From the NCBI GenBank assembly GCA_028712125.1, contig JAQTQS010000001.1, forward strand, positions 3,526-67,525: DNA of 64,000 nt, given 5' to 3'. The DNA is from Candidatus Altiarchaeota archaeon (lineage in GTDB: Archaea > Altiarchaeota > Altiarchaeia > IMC4 > SCGC-AAA252-I15). Below, in pieces: positions 17,169 through 26,686 of the stretch; position 1 is the stretch's first letter, and each line of letters starts with the position of its first letter. The translations under genes and the position numbers were made by a program. The notes under the pieces were generated by a model, which saw nothing but the letters and a program-made list of their open reading frames with translations, ran no database searches and had not been told where the DNA came from.

Positions 17169-17747
17169 ATGGGAAATAATATGCAAATAGCATGTTTGGG
17201 TTGGGGCTCTCTAGTTTGGGATCCTAGGGAACTGCCCATAAGAGGGATATGGTTTGAAGACGGCCCCTTCTTACCGATTGAATATGCACGACAATCCAAA
17301 GACGGGAGAATCACTCTTGTTATTGTTGAGGGTAGAACCTTAGTTCGTTCTTTGTGGACACTCCTCAATTGCAACGATTTAACTGGAGCAAAAAAAGCAT
17401 TAGCAGATAGAGAAGGGATAAAAGAGGATGATATCCCTAAAGATATTGGCTTTTGGCCTAGTGATGATAAGAAAAGCGGTAAATGTACTGATTCCATACC
17501 TTTGTGGGCTAAATCTCACTCTCTTGATGCAGTTGTATGGACAAACTTACCCCCTAGATTTGATGGCATAAATGGCAAAATACCAACTGTAGACGAAATA
17601 CTAAATTACTTTAACAGTAGTCTAATGCCAATAGAAAAAAGACGTCTTGCGGAGGAGTATATTACGAAAACCCCGCCCCAAATAGATACAGAATATAGAA
17701 GGGAGATGATATTAAGATTAAACTGGATAACTCGGCGTACGTGTTAA
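17169..17747 (+). CDS. Hypothetical protein, gamma-glutamylcyclotransferase/ChaC-like N-terminus
   Basis: IACLGWGSLVW resembles the GGCT-fold xFGYGSL motif. Confidence 0.6.
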   Translation: MGNNMQIACLGWGSLVWDPRELPIRGIWFEDGPFLPIEYARQSKDGRITLVIVEGRTLVRSLWTLLNCNDLTGAKKALADREGIKEDDIPKDIGFWPSDDKKSGKCTDSIPLWAKSHSLDAVVWTNLPPRFDGINGKIPTVDEILNYFNSSLMPIEKRRLAEEYITKTPPQIDTEYRREMILRLNWITRRTC

Positions 17748-17841
17748 GTAAGGGATATCCACACTACAGAGCATTATGTGTATCAGATAAAACAAGGGAT
17801 AAACTGGTGTTAGTGAAGGAATTATTTATACCTACTCCATA

Positions 17842-19392
17842 TTGCTATTTAGGTGTGGTGTGGGTCTGAAAGAATTAGGGGCTTCGGGGAGTAACTCTGT
17901 GGATTCTGGTGTAGAGAGGCGTATCCCAAATTTTAAGCTTGTAACTGTTATCTTATTTTTGTTATTTTCATTAGCTGTTCTATTCGCTATTCTGTTGTCT
18001 TATTTTATTTCATCTGATCTTGGAGATGTGGTGTTGGTAGTGTTTATATCATTGTTTCTATTACTCGCCATACCCGGTAGTGCTATTATCATTATAAGTT
18101 ATATCATAAGAGAGATTGTAAGAGAGAGAAGATTTGAAAAAGAACGAAAAGCAAAAGGATTAGTTAATTTTTGGGGTAAGTGGGGAACTCCAAAAGAGGT
18201 TGAAGAGTGGCGAAGGCAAGAGCAAGATAAACAACAAAAACAAAAAGAAACAATGGGGCTTGACATTGACATCATAGACAATACTGACGATATTCCCTTG
18301 AGGATTGAAAAGGCTCATGAAATATTAGAAAAATATTCTTCTGAACAACCGTATATTAAAGGTTTTGCAGAGAAGTATTACGATAGGATAGAGCAGTATA
18401 TTGATGATATTGGACATAATAAGATATTCCATAAAAGATGGTACCTTGATAAAATTAAAAGTTATGATAAGCAGAAATCCAAGAAAAATAAATGGGATAA
18501 CTGGGAGAAGTCCTTGATTGCGTCTAATAAAAAGGAATATCTCAAGGCTATTGAATTATGTTCAAATCCGTTGGAGATTCTTTTTCATTCTAATCCCCTG
18601 CCTTTCTATGTTAATGAAGAAACAACATCGTATAACGAAAAAAAATCGTATGAAGACAATGAATCATACTATAATGCTGAGCATCTGCGAGGGGAATTAT
18701 TAAAGTTACATCTGCTGCTACAAAATAAAGGATTTGATATTAATTACCACGATTTAGGGTTACTACTGCATTTCCAATTTCTAAATGCAGGGGCGAAACA
18801 ACTGTGGGATAAATTGAAATCTTACAACCCCTCTACATTTGATGATTATATTGATGCGTTTTTGGAGTATTATGGTGAATCCTATCTGCGGAAGACTACT
18901 CCATTTATAGTACTGCTGAGTTCAAAAGGTCTACCGTGTGACGATGAAATAGTGATTCTTGCATTAATGAATAAACATGACGAAGACGACCTCAAACAAC
19001 TTGAAAAATCGTTACTTTCTCGAAATAAAACAGTAAATATGTCTGAAATTGATGCATTATCTGGACACGAATTTGAGAGATTTCTAGGGCGGTTATTTGA
19101 TAAAATGGGTTACAAGGTGACTATAACCCCTAAATCGGGTGATTATGGAGCGGATTTGATACTCGAAAAACACGGTGAAAAGACTGCAGTACAGGCTAAA
19201 AAATGGGGCGGCAACATAGGAATTGAAGCGATACAACAGGTTGTGACATCTAAGAAGTTTTATGATTGCGATAAGGCTATGGTTGTTGGAACTAGCATCT
19301 ACTCAAAAAATGCCGAAGAATTGGCTTTTAGGAATAAGATAGAACTTGTTGACAGGGACAAACTACAGCGATTGATAGAGAAATACATGTAA
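17842..19392 (+). CDS. Membrane-anchored Mrr-family restriction endonuclease
   Basis: Two N-terminal TM helices; C-terminal Mrr_cat FERFLGRLFDKMGY..SGDYGADLI..AVQAKKW; start uncertain. Confidence 0.85.
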   Translation: MLFRCGVGLKELGASGSNSVDSGVERRIPNFKLVTVILFLLFSLAVLFAILLSYFISSDLGDVVLVVFISLFLLLAIPGSAIIIISYIIREIVRERRFEKERKAKGLVNFWGKWGTPKEVEEWRRQEQDKQQKQKETMGLDIDIIDNTDDIPLRIEKAHEILEKYSSEQPYIKGFAEKYYDRIEQYIDDIGHNKIFHKRWYLDKIKSYDKQKSKKNKWDNWEKSLIASNKKEYLKAIELCSNPLEILFHSNPLPFYVNEETTSYNEKKSYEDNESYYNAEHLRGELLKLHLLLQNKGFDINYHDLGLLLHFQFLNAGAKQLWDKLKSYNPSTFDDYIDAFLEYYGESYLRKTTPFIVLLSSKGLPCDDEIVILALMNKHDEDDLKQLEKSLLSRNKTVNMSEIDALSGHEFERFLGRLFDKMGYKVTITPKSGDYGADLILEKHGEKTAVQAKKWGGNIGIEAIQQVVTSKKFYDCDKAMVVGTSIYSKNAEELAFRNKIELVDRDKLQRLIEKYM

Positions 19393-19475
19393 CTGTATAT
19401 AGAACCGTTATAGAGTAGTTGGTTTTGTTGTCCTTGTCGTTTTTATAGTCGTGTGTCCACGTGTGTACGTGGAAG

Positions 19476-19913
19476 ATGAGCAAGAATGCGCCTAGCAACC
19501 GGGTTAATGAGCTTCGTATTGAGAAGTTGTTCTTACGCAGGGGCTTGGTTGAGAAATTTGAGTCCAAACGGCTTCTGGGGCTTGAGGATTTTGTTTCCTT
19601 CATCTGGCACAACCACCCTAATTACGTTTCTGAGATTACCTTGGAGTTCTTGAAAGAGCTTATTGTATACCGTCGGGAGGGCAAACCCTATACCCAGGAT
19701 GATTGGGTTAGGTTTTGCGGTAGGATGAGTAGTAGCAAGAGCAGCAGGGACATTGTCTTTCGTAAGCTCCTGTATCTTGGCTTGATTGAGAAGCATAATA
19801 AGACTCTCATGCGGTATGAGGTTAGGTTAAGCGACAAGTGGATTAACTACCTAGATTATATGGCTCAGAGCTGGATAGCGATTTGCGAGAATGAACCGAA
19901 GGTCAAACGATAG
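19476..19913 (+). CDS. Winged-helix-like protein, paralog 1
   Basis: VFRKLLYLGLIEK motif; Trp-containing C-terminal helix. Confidence 0.7.
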   Translation: MSKNAPSNRVNELRIEKLFLRRGLVEKFESKRLLGLEDFVSFIWHNHPNYVSEITLEFLKELIVYRREGKPYTQDDWVRFCGRMSSSKSSRDIVFRKLLYLGLIEKHNKTLMRYEVRLSDKWINYLDYMAQSWIAICENEPKVKR

Positions 19914-20301
19914 CGTATTCATGAAGGATGAGGTCTTTAGGAGGGCTGACGAGAAGCAGCAGATTAGGCTCTGGGAGTTCATGCAACTGTTCTTCCCGGA
20001 AGAAACTAACAAGAAGCAGTTCGAATGCGCATTCACGTTCATGAAAACGCTCTTGGAAGCCAAAAGCGTTGAAAGCACCGGATTAAGGGATATTGTCGAG
20101 TCGGACTATGTGAACCTTACGACTATCGTACTGCCGAAGCTGGAGAAATTCGGCTTAATCAGGGTTACCGGCGAGCGGGGCAAGGGCAAAACCTATAAAA
20201 TAGAGCTGGACAAAATCTTTTCAGACCGGATACGATACATGGGCTTGGAATGGTTCAGAATTTATGCTAAATACGGTGATGTCTATGGTGGGCAATCATG
20301 A
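19891..20301 (+). CDS. Winged-helix-like protein, paralog 2
   Basis: FFP, VLPKLEKFGLI, FSDRIRYMGLEW. Confidence 0.75.
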   Translation: MNRRSNDSVFMKDEVFRRADEKQQIRLWEFMQLFFPEETNKKQFECAFTFMKTLLEAKSVESTGLRDIVESDYVNLTTIVLPKLEKFGLIRVTGERGKGKTYKIELDKIFSDRIRYMGLEWFRIYAKYGDVYGGQS

Positions 20302-20851
20302 GGGCAAGGGCATACCCTCAAGGCATGCCCTATATTTCCCGGAAAAAGGAGGACGCAAGTATGGAACCAAAATATGGGACTACTCCTACCGCTGGAACAT
20401 TGACGACTTACTGGGGTTCGTGTTCCCTGGTGAATTCAGCCCAGTATGCCATAAAATAGCAGTAGACTACCTGGAATACCTGGTTGAAAAAGGCGAAGTA
20501 ACCTACCAAGACAAAGTCGAATTCTGCAACCAACACAATTACAGCATAAACACGCTCAACAAACACATAATACCCAAACTATACCGATTCGGACTGATTC
20601 ACAGGACCAGGGAATTCCCTAAAACCACAGCTTGGAATATCAAAAGCAAAAGACGAAGCTATGAACACGAAAGCCAGCAATTCAGCTCATTCCTAAGGAA
20701 AATAGCAGACGAATGGGAAGCCATACTCAACACCGGAAGACTTAAAAGAAAACACGAAAACCAAAAACAAAAAGAAACACAAAAAGAAATCGAAAAACAA
20801 GAAAAACAGGACTGGGAACGATGGGAAAAGGAACGGGCTTTAGGATGTTAA
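20285..20851 (+). CDS. Winged-helix-like protein, paralog 3
   Basis: FVFP, IIPKLYRFGLIHRTRE, FSSFLRKIADEW; similar to 41433-41948. Confidence 0.75.
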   Translation: MVGNHEGKGIPSRHALYFPEKGGRKYGTKIWDYSYRWNIDDLLGFVFPGEFSPVCHKIAVDYLEYLVEKGEVTYQDKVEFCNQHNYSINTLNKHIIPKLYRFGLIHRTREFPKTTAWNIKSKRRSYEHESQQFSSFLRKIADEWEAILNTGRLKRKHENQKQKETQKEIEKQEKQDWERWEKERALGC

Positions 20852-20891
20852 TATTAGATTACCACGCTTCTGAATATACCCAACGTGTTTT

Positions 20892-21083
20892 TTATTCTTC
20901 TGAACGTAATACGCCGGTTTCTCCTAAAAACTTTTTATCCGAATCATCTAAAGGCTTTTTCTTCAGCAATTTTTTAATAATTCCCTTCAACTCCACATTC
21001 TCCTGTTCTAAACTGCGACTGTGACTTAAAGCTTCTTCAGTTTTCTTTTTTTGCTGAATATACCCCCAAGGTGTCCCATCCAT
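20892..21083 (-). CDS. Small coiled-coil hypothetical protein
   Basis: MDGTPWGYIQQKKK...LEQENVELKGIIKKLL. Confidence 0.45.
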   Translation of the reverse strand: MDGTPWGYIQQKKKTEEALSHSRSLEQENVELKGIIKKLLKKKPLDDSDKKFLGETGVLRSEE

Positions 21084-21140
21084 AAAATATTTATTATATC
21101 CATGACATATAAGCTTAAACGACAAAAATCGAGCTTCCAC

Positions 21141-21196
21141 AAACACCTTGCTTGATTCTTCCCTGAAAAGAAGTAGATTAAAACACCTTGCTTGAT
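21141..21196. repeat. 16-bp direct repeat AAACACCTTGCTTGAT x2 (40-bp period)
   Basis: Copies at 21141-21156 and 21181-21196; 15/16 identical to 15590-15605. Confidence 0.85.
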
Positions 21197-21338
21197 AGTC
21201 CGATAGGAGAAAAAGTAGTCTTGACGTTGAACCTAGCCGTGGTGGACGTCCGGTACGCCACTGGCGCTGTGGTATTGTGTGTTTTTTTGGGTGTCTTAGT
21301 ATATGAAACAGACGAATAAATATACTATTGCAGCAGGG

Positions 21339-21785
21339 TTATTTCTTTAGCATTTCTTCGAGTATTTCGGCTGCGTCTTTGACGTATTTAGGGCATTTGG
21401 TGGTTATGGCGTTTGTTTCGCTTGCTTTTTTAAAGCCTTCTGGCGTGCTTAGGTCGCAGCCGAGGAGGTCTTTGCAGTATAGCGAGCCGTTCCGGGCTTT
21501 GAATTCTTCGCTGAATTTTTTGACTGCATCGTATGTGTTTTCTTTCCTTTGCATGCCCGGCTCGTTTCCCAATGTGTGTTTAAGGCTTAGTACCATGAAT
21601 GCGCCGGTTACCGCGCCGCAAGTCAAGCCCATCCGGCCCATGCCGGCGCCGAAGGCGAGCGCAAGCCTGAGGGCTTCAGCCCGGCCAAGACCGTATTTCG
21701 GGCTGTATGTCGAGAGTATCGCCTGCGCGCAGTTCATGGCCGTTCCTTCCTTGAACGCGGTGACCGCGTCTTCGGGGGTTGTCAT
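21339..21785 (-). CDS. C-GCAxxG-C-C family putative redox protein
   Basis: NCAQA, FGAGMG..TCGAVTGA, GSLYCKDLLG, KCPKYV. Confidence 0.92.
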   Translation of the reverse strand: MTTPEDAVTAFKEGTAMNCAQAILSTYSPKYGLGRAEALRLALAFGAGMGRMGLTCGAVTGAFMVLSLKHTLGNEPGMQRKENTYDAVKKFSEEFKARNGSLYCKDLLGCDLSTPEGFKKASETNAITTKCPKYVKDAAEILEEMLKK

Positions 21786-21845
21786 GGTCGTTTAATACTA
21801 GGCGTGCAGCTAATAACTTGGCTGGTACATATCCTTATTTTTATA

Positions 21846-22904
21846 TCAGTTGACTTCCAGGTAGTGGGTGTCGGATTTAGCACTTTCGATACAGGCGTCC
21901 ACCATCATTTGTCCGGATTGCACCTTGTTTATCATATCGCATATCCCGGGTTTGTGGAGGGCGAGAGCGAATGTCTTATAGCAACGATCTCTGTCGAATA
22001 TGTCTTTTAGGGCGTCGCATGTTGTAGGGTCGTTTTTGGATATGCCCACTTCCCTGCTGCAGAGTTCTTTGTAATCCTTGCTTATGTTACTGCAGTATTT
22101 TTCGTCTGCCGTAACTGCGGCTAAGCAGATTGCGGTATAGGGCTGTATACGCTGGCCGCGTTCCGTTACGTTCTCGCTTATAAGGTCGCACAGTTGGATG
22201 TCTTTCTTTGTCCTCGCTGCGGACATTATGCAGAGGTTTTGGTCGTCTTCATAGTAGAGGGACTTGCATATTGTTATGTTCATCGTCTTTAGCGCGATTG
22301 CCTTATAGCATCTCCTCTCGGTCCATTCGTAACCCGGCTCTCCTTCGGTGACAATTTCACAGAGGTTCAAGTCTTTGCGGGTTTTGCCGTTTTCCCTAAA
22401 GCATTCCTCCTGCGAGCCGTAGGTATGGCCGTCATAGACGTATCTGCCGTCATCCGGCGTACTGCGTTGGCAGATTATGCTGGAATTGAACGTCGTGTGA
22501 CATAATTTTAGGCTGTCTGTGGCGTTCATGTAGTTGTAACACATGCATTTATGGCTTATGTCTTTTATCCTGTCGCATTTAACCTGGAGGGTGCCGCCTT
22601 TAGGCTGCATCGCCTTCAAGCATTCCCTTTCCAGGTATTCCGAGAATATCTGGCAAAAGAAAGGGTCTTCTTTTTCGAGGACGTCTAAGTACTCTTGAGG
22701 GTGACGCATCGCCGGATGCCCGATTCCAAAACCGTAATATGTGGTTATCCCTTTGCATTCATCGATATTCTCGGCATTCAGGCAGTCAACCGAAGGGCGC
22801 GCGTAATGCTTGGGCATTATTTCAGAGCACAGGCAGCCAGAAAGGCATATGACGTAAACAAAGAGGAGGGGCAGTCTACAGAGTTTTCGAGTCATAATTA
22901 ACAT
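21846..22904 (-). CDS. Secreted Cys-repeat protein (possible lipoprotein)
   Basis: Signal ending LSGC; repeats of the type C..I......CY...A. Confidence 0.75.
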   Translation of the reverse strand: MLIMTRKLCRLPLLFVYVICLSGCLCSEIMPKHYARPSVDCLNAENIDECKGITTYYGFGIGHPAMRHPQEYLDVLEKEDPFFCQIFSEYLERECLKAMQPKGGTLQVKCDRIKDISHKCMCYNYMNATDSLKLCHTTFNSSIICQRSTPDDGRYVYDGHTYGSQEECFRENGKTRKDLNLCEIVTEGEPGYEWTERRCYKAIALKTMNITICKSLYYEDDQNLCIMSAARTKKDIQLCDLISENVTERGQRIQPYTAICLAAVTADEKYCSNISKDYKELCSREVGISKNDPTTCDALKDIFDRDRCYKTFALALHKPGICDMINKVQSGQMMVDACIESAKSDTHYLEVN

Positions 22905-22928
22905 TTATTTTTAATCATTAAATCCTCC

Positions 22929-23480
22929 TCAAGACCATTTCAGTATCTCTGGTTTGTTTCTTTTCCCACCCGCCAGCTTGCCTTTTGGGTGGCCGAGTAT
23001 TATCGGTACTTGTAGTTCGTATCCGTCTGGTATGCCGATTTTTTTGAGGATTTCTGGTTTGCTGTTGAGGTATGCTATGAATCCCATGTAGCATGTTCCG
23101 AGGCCGATTTCGTATGCTTTTAGGAACATATTTTGTGCGGCCAGCACGCTGTCGAGGAGGTTGACTTGGCCTGTTCTTTTGTCGGTTTGCGTGCAGATGA
23201 GTATTAGTACGGGTGCGTTGTAGCAGATGATGTCTTCTTCTGTTTCGAATCGTTTTGCAAAATCCGGCATCATCTCGCGCAGTAGTTTTTTAGTCTCGTC
23301 TGAGACGTATTTGATAAGGTTTTTGTCTTCTATTATGACGAACCGCCAGGGCTGGCGGCCCATTCCTGTGGGCGCCCAGACGCCGGCTTCGAGGACTGCT
23401 TCAATCTGCTCCTTCGAAACTTTCTCGCCGGTGTACGCCCGCACGCTCCTTCGTCCTTTGATGCATTCGTCGAGTTCCAT
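22929..23480 (-). CDS. Nitroreductase family protein
   Basis: RRSVRAY, APT..QPWRF, AAQNMFLKA..GLGTC. Confidence 0.93.
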   Translation of the reverse strand: MELDECIKGRRSVRAYTGEKVSKEQIEAVLEAGVWAPTGMGRQPWRFVIIEDKNLIKYVSDETKKLLREMMPDFAKRFETEEDIICYNAPVLILICTQTDKRTGQVNLLDSVLAAQNMFLKAYEIGLGTCYMGFIAYLNSKPEILKKIGIPDGYELQVPIILGHPKGKLAGGKRNKPEILKWS

Positions 23481-23486
23481 GGTTTT

Positions 23487-24245
23487 TCAGACTTTGATGT
23501 TCTTGAACAGGTGTTGTCCGAGTATTATGGTGAGGAGCATGAAGCTTGTGAGGAATATGAAGCTTGTGACCGGGCTTATGTCGGATACGCCCAGCAGGCC
23601 GTAGCGTATTCCTTCGACTCCGTATGTCATGGGGTCGAGGTATATGAGGGGCCTTATGGCGGCGGGCACGTTTTCTATCGGGAAGAGGGCGCCTGAGAGG
23701 CCGAATATGGGGAAGATTACGAAGTTCATTATGAGCTGGAAGCCGTGCATGTCGTCCATCTTGGAGGCCATTGCTATTCCGAGGGCTGTGAAGGATATGC
23801 CGACGAGCACCATGAATACTAGCGCGATAAAGAATCCGGTTAGGGTGAATGAGAGGCCGCCTCCGAGGAGGAATGCGATGAGGAGGGTTAACAGGCCTTG
23901 CAGGAGCGATGTCGTGGCGCCGCCGAGGGTTTGTCCTATCATTATCTCAACGCGTGAGACGGGGGCGACTAGCGTCTCCTTGAGGAAGCCGAACTGCTTG
24001 TCCCATATCACCTGTATGCCTGCGAACATGGAGACGAAGAGGACGCTCATGGCGACTATTCCCGGCGATACGAACCCGAAGTAGCCCTTGTCGACGCCGG
24101 CCATCTGTATGCTCGGGTTTAGGCCGAATCCGAGGAGCAGGAGGAAGAATAACGGCATGCCGAGGCTTCCCACTATCCTGCTTTTAGAGCGCAGGTAGCG
24201 CTTGACCCACCTCAGCCAGATTATGTAGATTCCTCTGCCCCTCAT
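23487..24245 (-). CDS. ABC-2 type transporter permease
   Basis: WDKQFGFLKETLVAPVSR, LSGALFP, DPMTYGVEGIR. Confidence 0.93.
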   Translation of the reverse strand: MRGRGIYIIWLRWVKRYLRSKSRIVGSLGMPLFFLLLLGFGLNPSIQMAGVDKGYFGFVSPGIVAMSVLFVSMFAGIQVIWDKQFGFLKETLVAPVSRVEIMIGQTLGGATTSLLQGLLTLLIAFLLGGGLSFTLTGFFIALVFMVLVGISFTALGIAMASKMDDMHGFQLIMNFVIFPIFGLSGALFPIENVPAAIRPLIYLDPMTYGVEGIRYGLLGVSDISPVTSFIFLTSFMLLTIILGQHLFKNIKV

Positions 24246-24247
24246 TT

Positions 24248-25240
24248 TTATCTCCTTGTGAACATCCTGTGGCGCATGCGCATCGCCTCGTTAGTGTCTG
24301 CCTCGCGCTCGCGTATAGTCTTGCCCGTGTAGTAGAGGAAGACGTCTTCCAGCGTCGGGTTGTGTATCTTGAGCGACGTTATGCTTATCTTGTTTTCGTG
24401 CAGGAGGTTCATCAGCTCGATGACGTTCCTGTTCGCCTCGCTTACGTTCAATGTGATTACGCCGTCATGCTCCTTTGCCGAGGAAAGCCATGGCATCTTT
24501 TCGATGACTGGCATCAGCCTCCCGCCGTCCGGCGACTCCAATGTTATCACGTCGCCGCCGATGGTCTCCTTCAGCTCGTCGGAAGTGCCAAGCGCGATAA
24601 TCCGGCCGTGGTCTATGATAGCCACCCGGTTGCACAATCTATCGGCCTCCTCCATGTAATGCGTCGTAAGGATGATGGTTGTGTGTTTTTCTTTGTTGAG
24701 CTGCCGGATGTAATCCCAGATGTGGTTTCGCGTCTGCGGGTCGAGCCCCAACGTAGGCTCGTCAAGGAACAACACCTTAGGCTCGTGAAGCAGTCCCCGG
24801 GCTATCTCAAGGCGCCTTTTCATGCCGCCCGAGAACGTCTTGACGAAATGGCCCTGCCGGTCGTCCAATTCGACCAGTTTTAGAAGTTCCGGTATCTTCT
24901 TTTTCCTGACCTCGCGGGGGACGTTGTAAAGCCACCCGTGGAAGTCCATGTTCTCATAGGCCGTCAGCTCTTCGTCAAGGCTGGGGTCCTGGAAGACGAT
25001 TCCTATGGACTTTCGGACGTTATCCCTGTCGGTCTTGATGTCATAGCCGTTGACGGTCGCACCGCCGGAAGACGGCTCAAGAAGCGTGGAAAGCATGGAA
25101 AGCGTCGTCGTCTTGCCCGCGCCGTTCGGGCCCAGAAAGCCGAAAATCTCGCCCTCCTCAACGCTGAAGCTGATGCCGTCCACGGCCGCAAGGCCGTTGA
25201 AACGCTTTGACAGGTTGTGGATGGAGACTACTTCAGGCAT
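24248..25240 (-). CDS. ABC transporter ATP-binding protein (DrrA-like)
   Basis: GPNGAGKTT, FSGGMKRRLEIA, LDEPT. Confidence 0.95.
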   Translation of the reverse strand: MPEVVSIHNLSKRFNGLAAVDGISFSVEEGEIFGFLGPNGAGKTTTLSMLSTLLEPSSGGATVNGYDIKTDRDNVRKSIGIVFQDPSLDEELTAYENMDFHGWLYNVPREVRKKKIPELLKLVELDDRQGHFVKTFSGGMKRRLEIARGLLHEPKVLFLDEPTLGLDPQTRNHIWDYIRQLNKEKHTTIILTTHYMEEADRLCNRVAIIDHGRIIALGTSDELKETIGGDVITLESPDGGRLMPVIEKMPWLSSAKEHDGVITLNVSEANRNVIELMNLLHENKISITSLKIHNPTLEDVFLYYTGKTIREREADTNEAMRMRHRMFTRR

Positions 25241-25478
25241 GTGAACCCCCCGAGCGGCAGGCTGCTTTTTTCCGGCGTTTACGCCGGGATTTGCCTGTTA
25301 GAAATAGAGTTATGCGCTTATAACGGCTTGAAAAACGTCAAGGTGATGCCGGGAGGAGGTATTATTTCTTGAAGCCATAAACTTTCAAATCATGCTGTGA
25401 TAGGGGTGTACGGACCTTTTGGGCATGCTGGGTATAAGCCTTAAGGTTTTATCAACCAAACGCCCCTTATTTATTACG

Positions 25479-26624
25479 ATGATGCGCCAGAGGAAGACGC
25501 CTGCCGGCCGTGTTGACTTGTCTGACGAGACGTTGAGGATAGAGCGTTTTATGGCCGCCGGTTGGGATAAGCCGGAGATTGCGAAAGGCTTGGACAGGGC
25601 TTTGGACACTGTGGACCGGCGTATCCGTGACTCTAGAGGCATGTCTTTCGAGAGCAGGAAGGATGTTATCGCAAGCGAAGTCTTTAAGGCGGCAGTCGGG
25701 ACGGGCAGGAGCGTAGGCAGGATATTTACCATGCTTCAGGTAGACGAGGCGAAATTGCATGAACGGCTGAGGAATGGCGCAAGCCTCATGCGAGCTCGGG
25801 ATGGAACAGCGCATAAGAGGCTGACTGCGGATGAGGCGGCCGCCACCGTAACATTGGTTGACCGCCTTATGGCCGTGGGGCTTCGGAAGGATGATTTGGC
25901 GAAATCTGTGGGCAAGAGCGTGGGAGGCCTTGAAAAACTATTTACACGGGCTGCGGGCACCAACTTCAGGACAAGGGATAATGAGATTGCGCTCGAGGTT
26001 GCTGAAGCGTCAATTCGGGCCGGCAGGACTACCAAGCAAATCCTTGAGCAGCTTGACATTGACGAGACGACTCTGAAGGACCGTTTGAAGAGGGAGGGCG
26101 TCCGTCTTGCGGACCTGCAGGAGCGCATCAAGAGAGAGATGCTGGACAAAACCCGGGCGAGTATAAGGGAGTATTTGGGCACTGAAGGATTGCAAACCCC
26201 GCAGGGAGCAGAGGGACGATGGCAGGCGATAAACGGGCAGATAGAACCAACCTTATACGCCAAAGCCTTTCACCACCTGCTTCAGGGAGGTACTGTTACA
26301 GACTTCATGAAGTCGAACGGGATTCAAAAGGATATGGCAACGCAGGTCGTGGAAGTCGTACTCCCGACAGTGAGAGCCCGCAGGCAGGAGCTCACATGGA
26401 CGGTGGACGGATTCCTCCAGCCGCCGGTGGTGACCCAGAAGGAAAAGGACGTTTTCAGGCTGGTGGCAGTGGAAAATAAAACGGACGTTGAGGCATCAAA
26501 GGCCCTCGGAGAGGACCATGCCGGCATAACCGCGATTAAGATACTCCTGCTTAAGAAAATCCCGGAGCTGACGGGACTGCTCGTTTATCACGGAAGGGCG
26601 CTGGGAGAGGAGGGAAAGCAATAA
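25479..26624 (+). CDS. Multi-HTH protein with internal duplication and sigma70 region-4-like C-terminus
   Basis: Duplicated ~105-aa unit; TQKEKDVFRL..ENKTDVEASKALG. Confidence 0.6.
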   Translation: MMRQRKTPAGRVDLSDETLRIERFMAAGWDKPEIAKGLDRALDTVDRRIRDSRGMSFESRKDVIASEVFKAAVGTGRSVGRIFTMLQVDEAKLHERLRNGASLMRARDGTAHKRLTADEAAATVTLVDRLMAVGLRKDDLAKSVGKSVGGLEKLFTRAAGTNFRTRDNEIALEVAEASIRAGRTTKQILEQLDIDETTLKDRLKREGVRLADLQERIKREMLDKTRASIREYLGTEGLQTPQGAEGRWQAINGQIEPTLYAKAFHHLLQGGTVTDFMKSNGIQKDMATQVVEVVLPTVRARRQELTWTVDGFLQPPVVTQKEKDVFRLVAVENKTDVEASKALGEDHAGITAIKILLLKKIPELTGLLVYHGRALGEEGKQ

Positions 26625-26686
26625 TAGAGGGGGTGTTAGAATCATACTGAGGCAATGATTAATAGGATAGAACGTAGTATATCGAT

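Larger units (their letters stand above)
15430..21330. mobile_element. AT-rich putative genomic island next to tRNA-Leu
   Basis: Visibly lower GC than flanks; orphan and defence-type genes; related motifs near both ends; no integrase seen; limits approximate. Confidence 0.5.
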
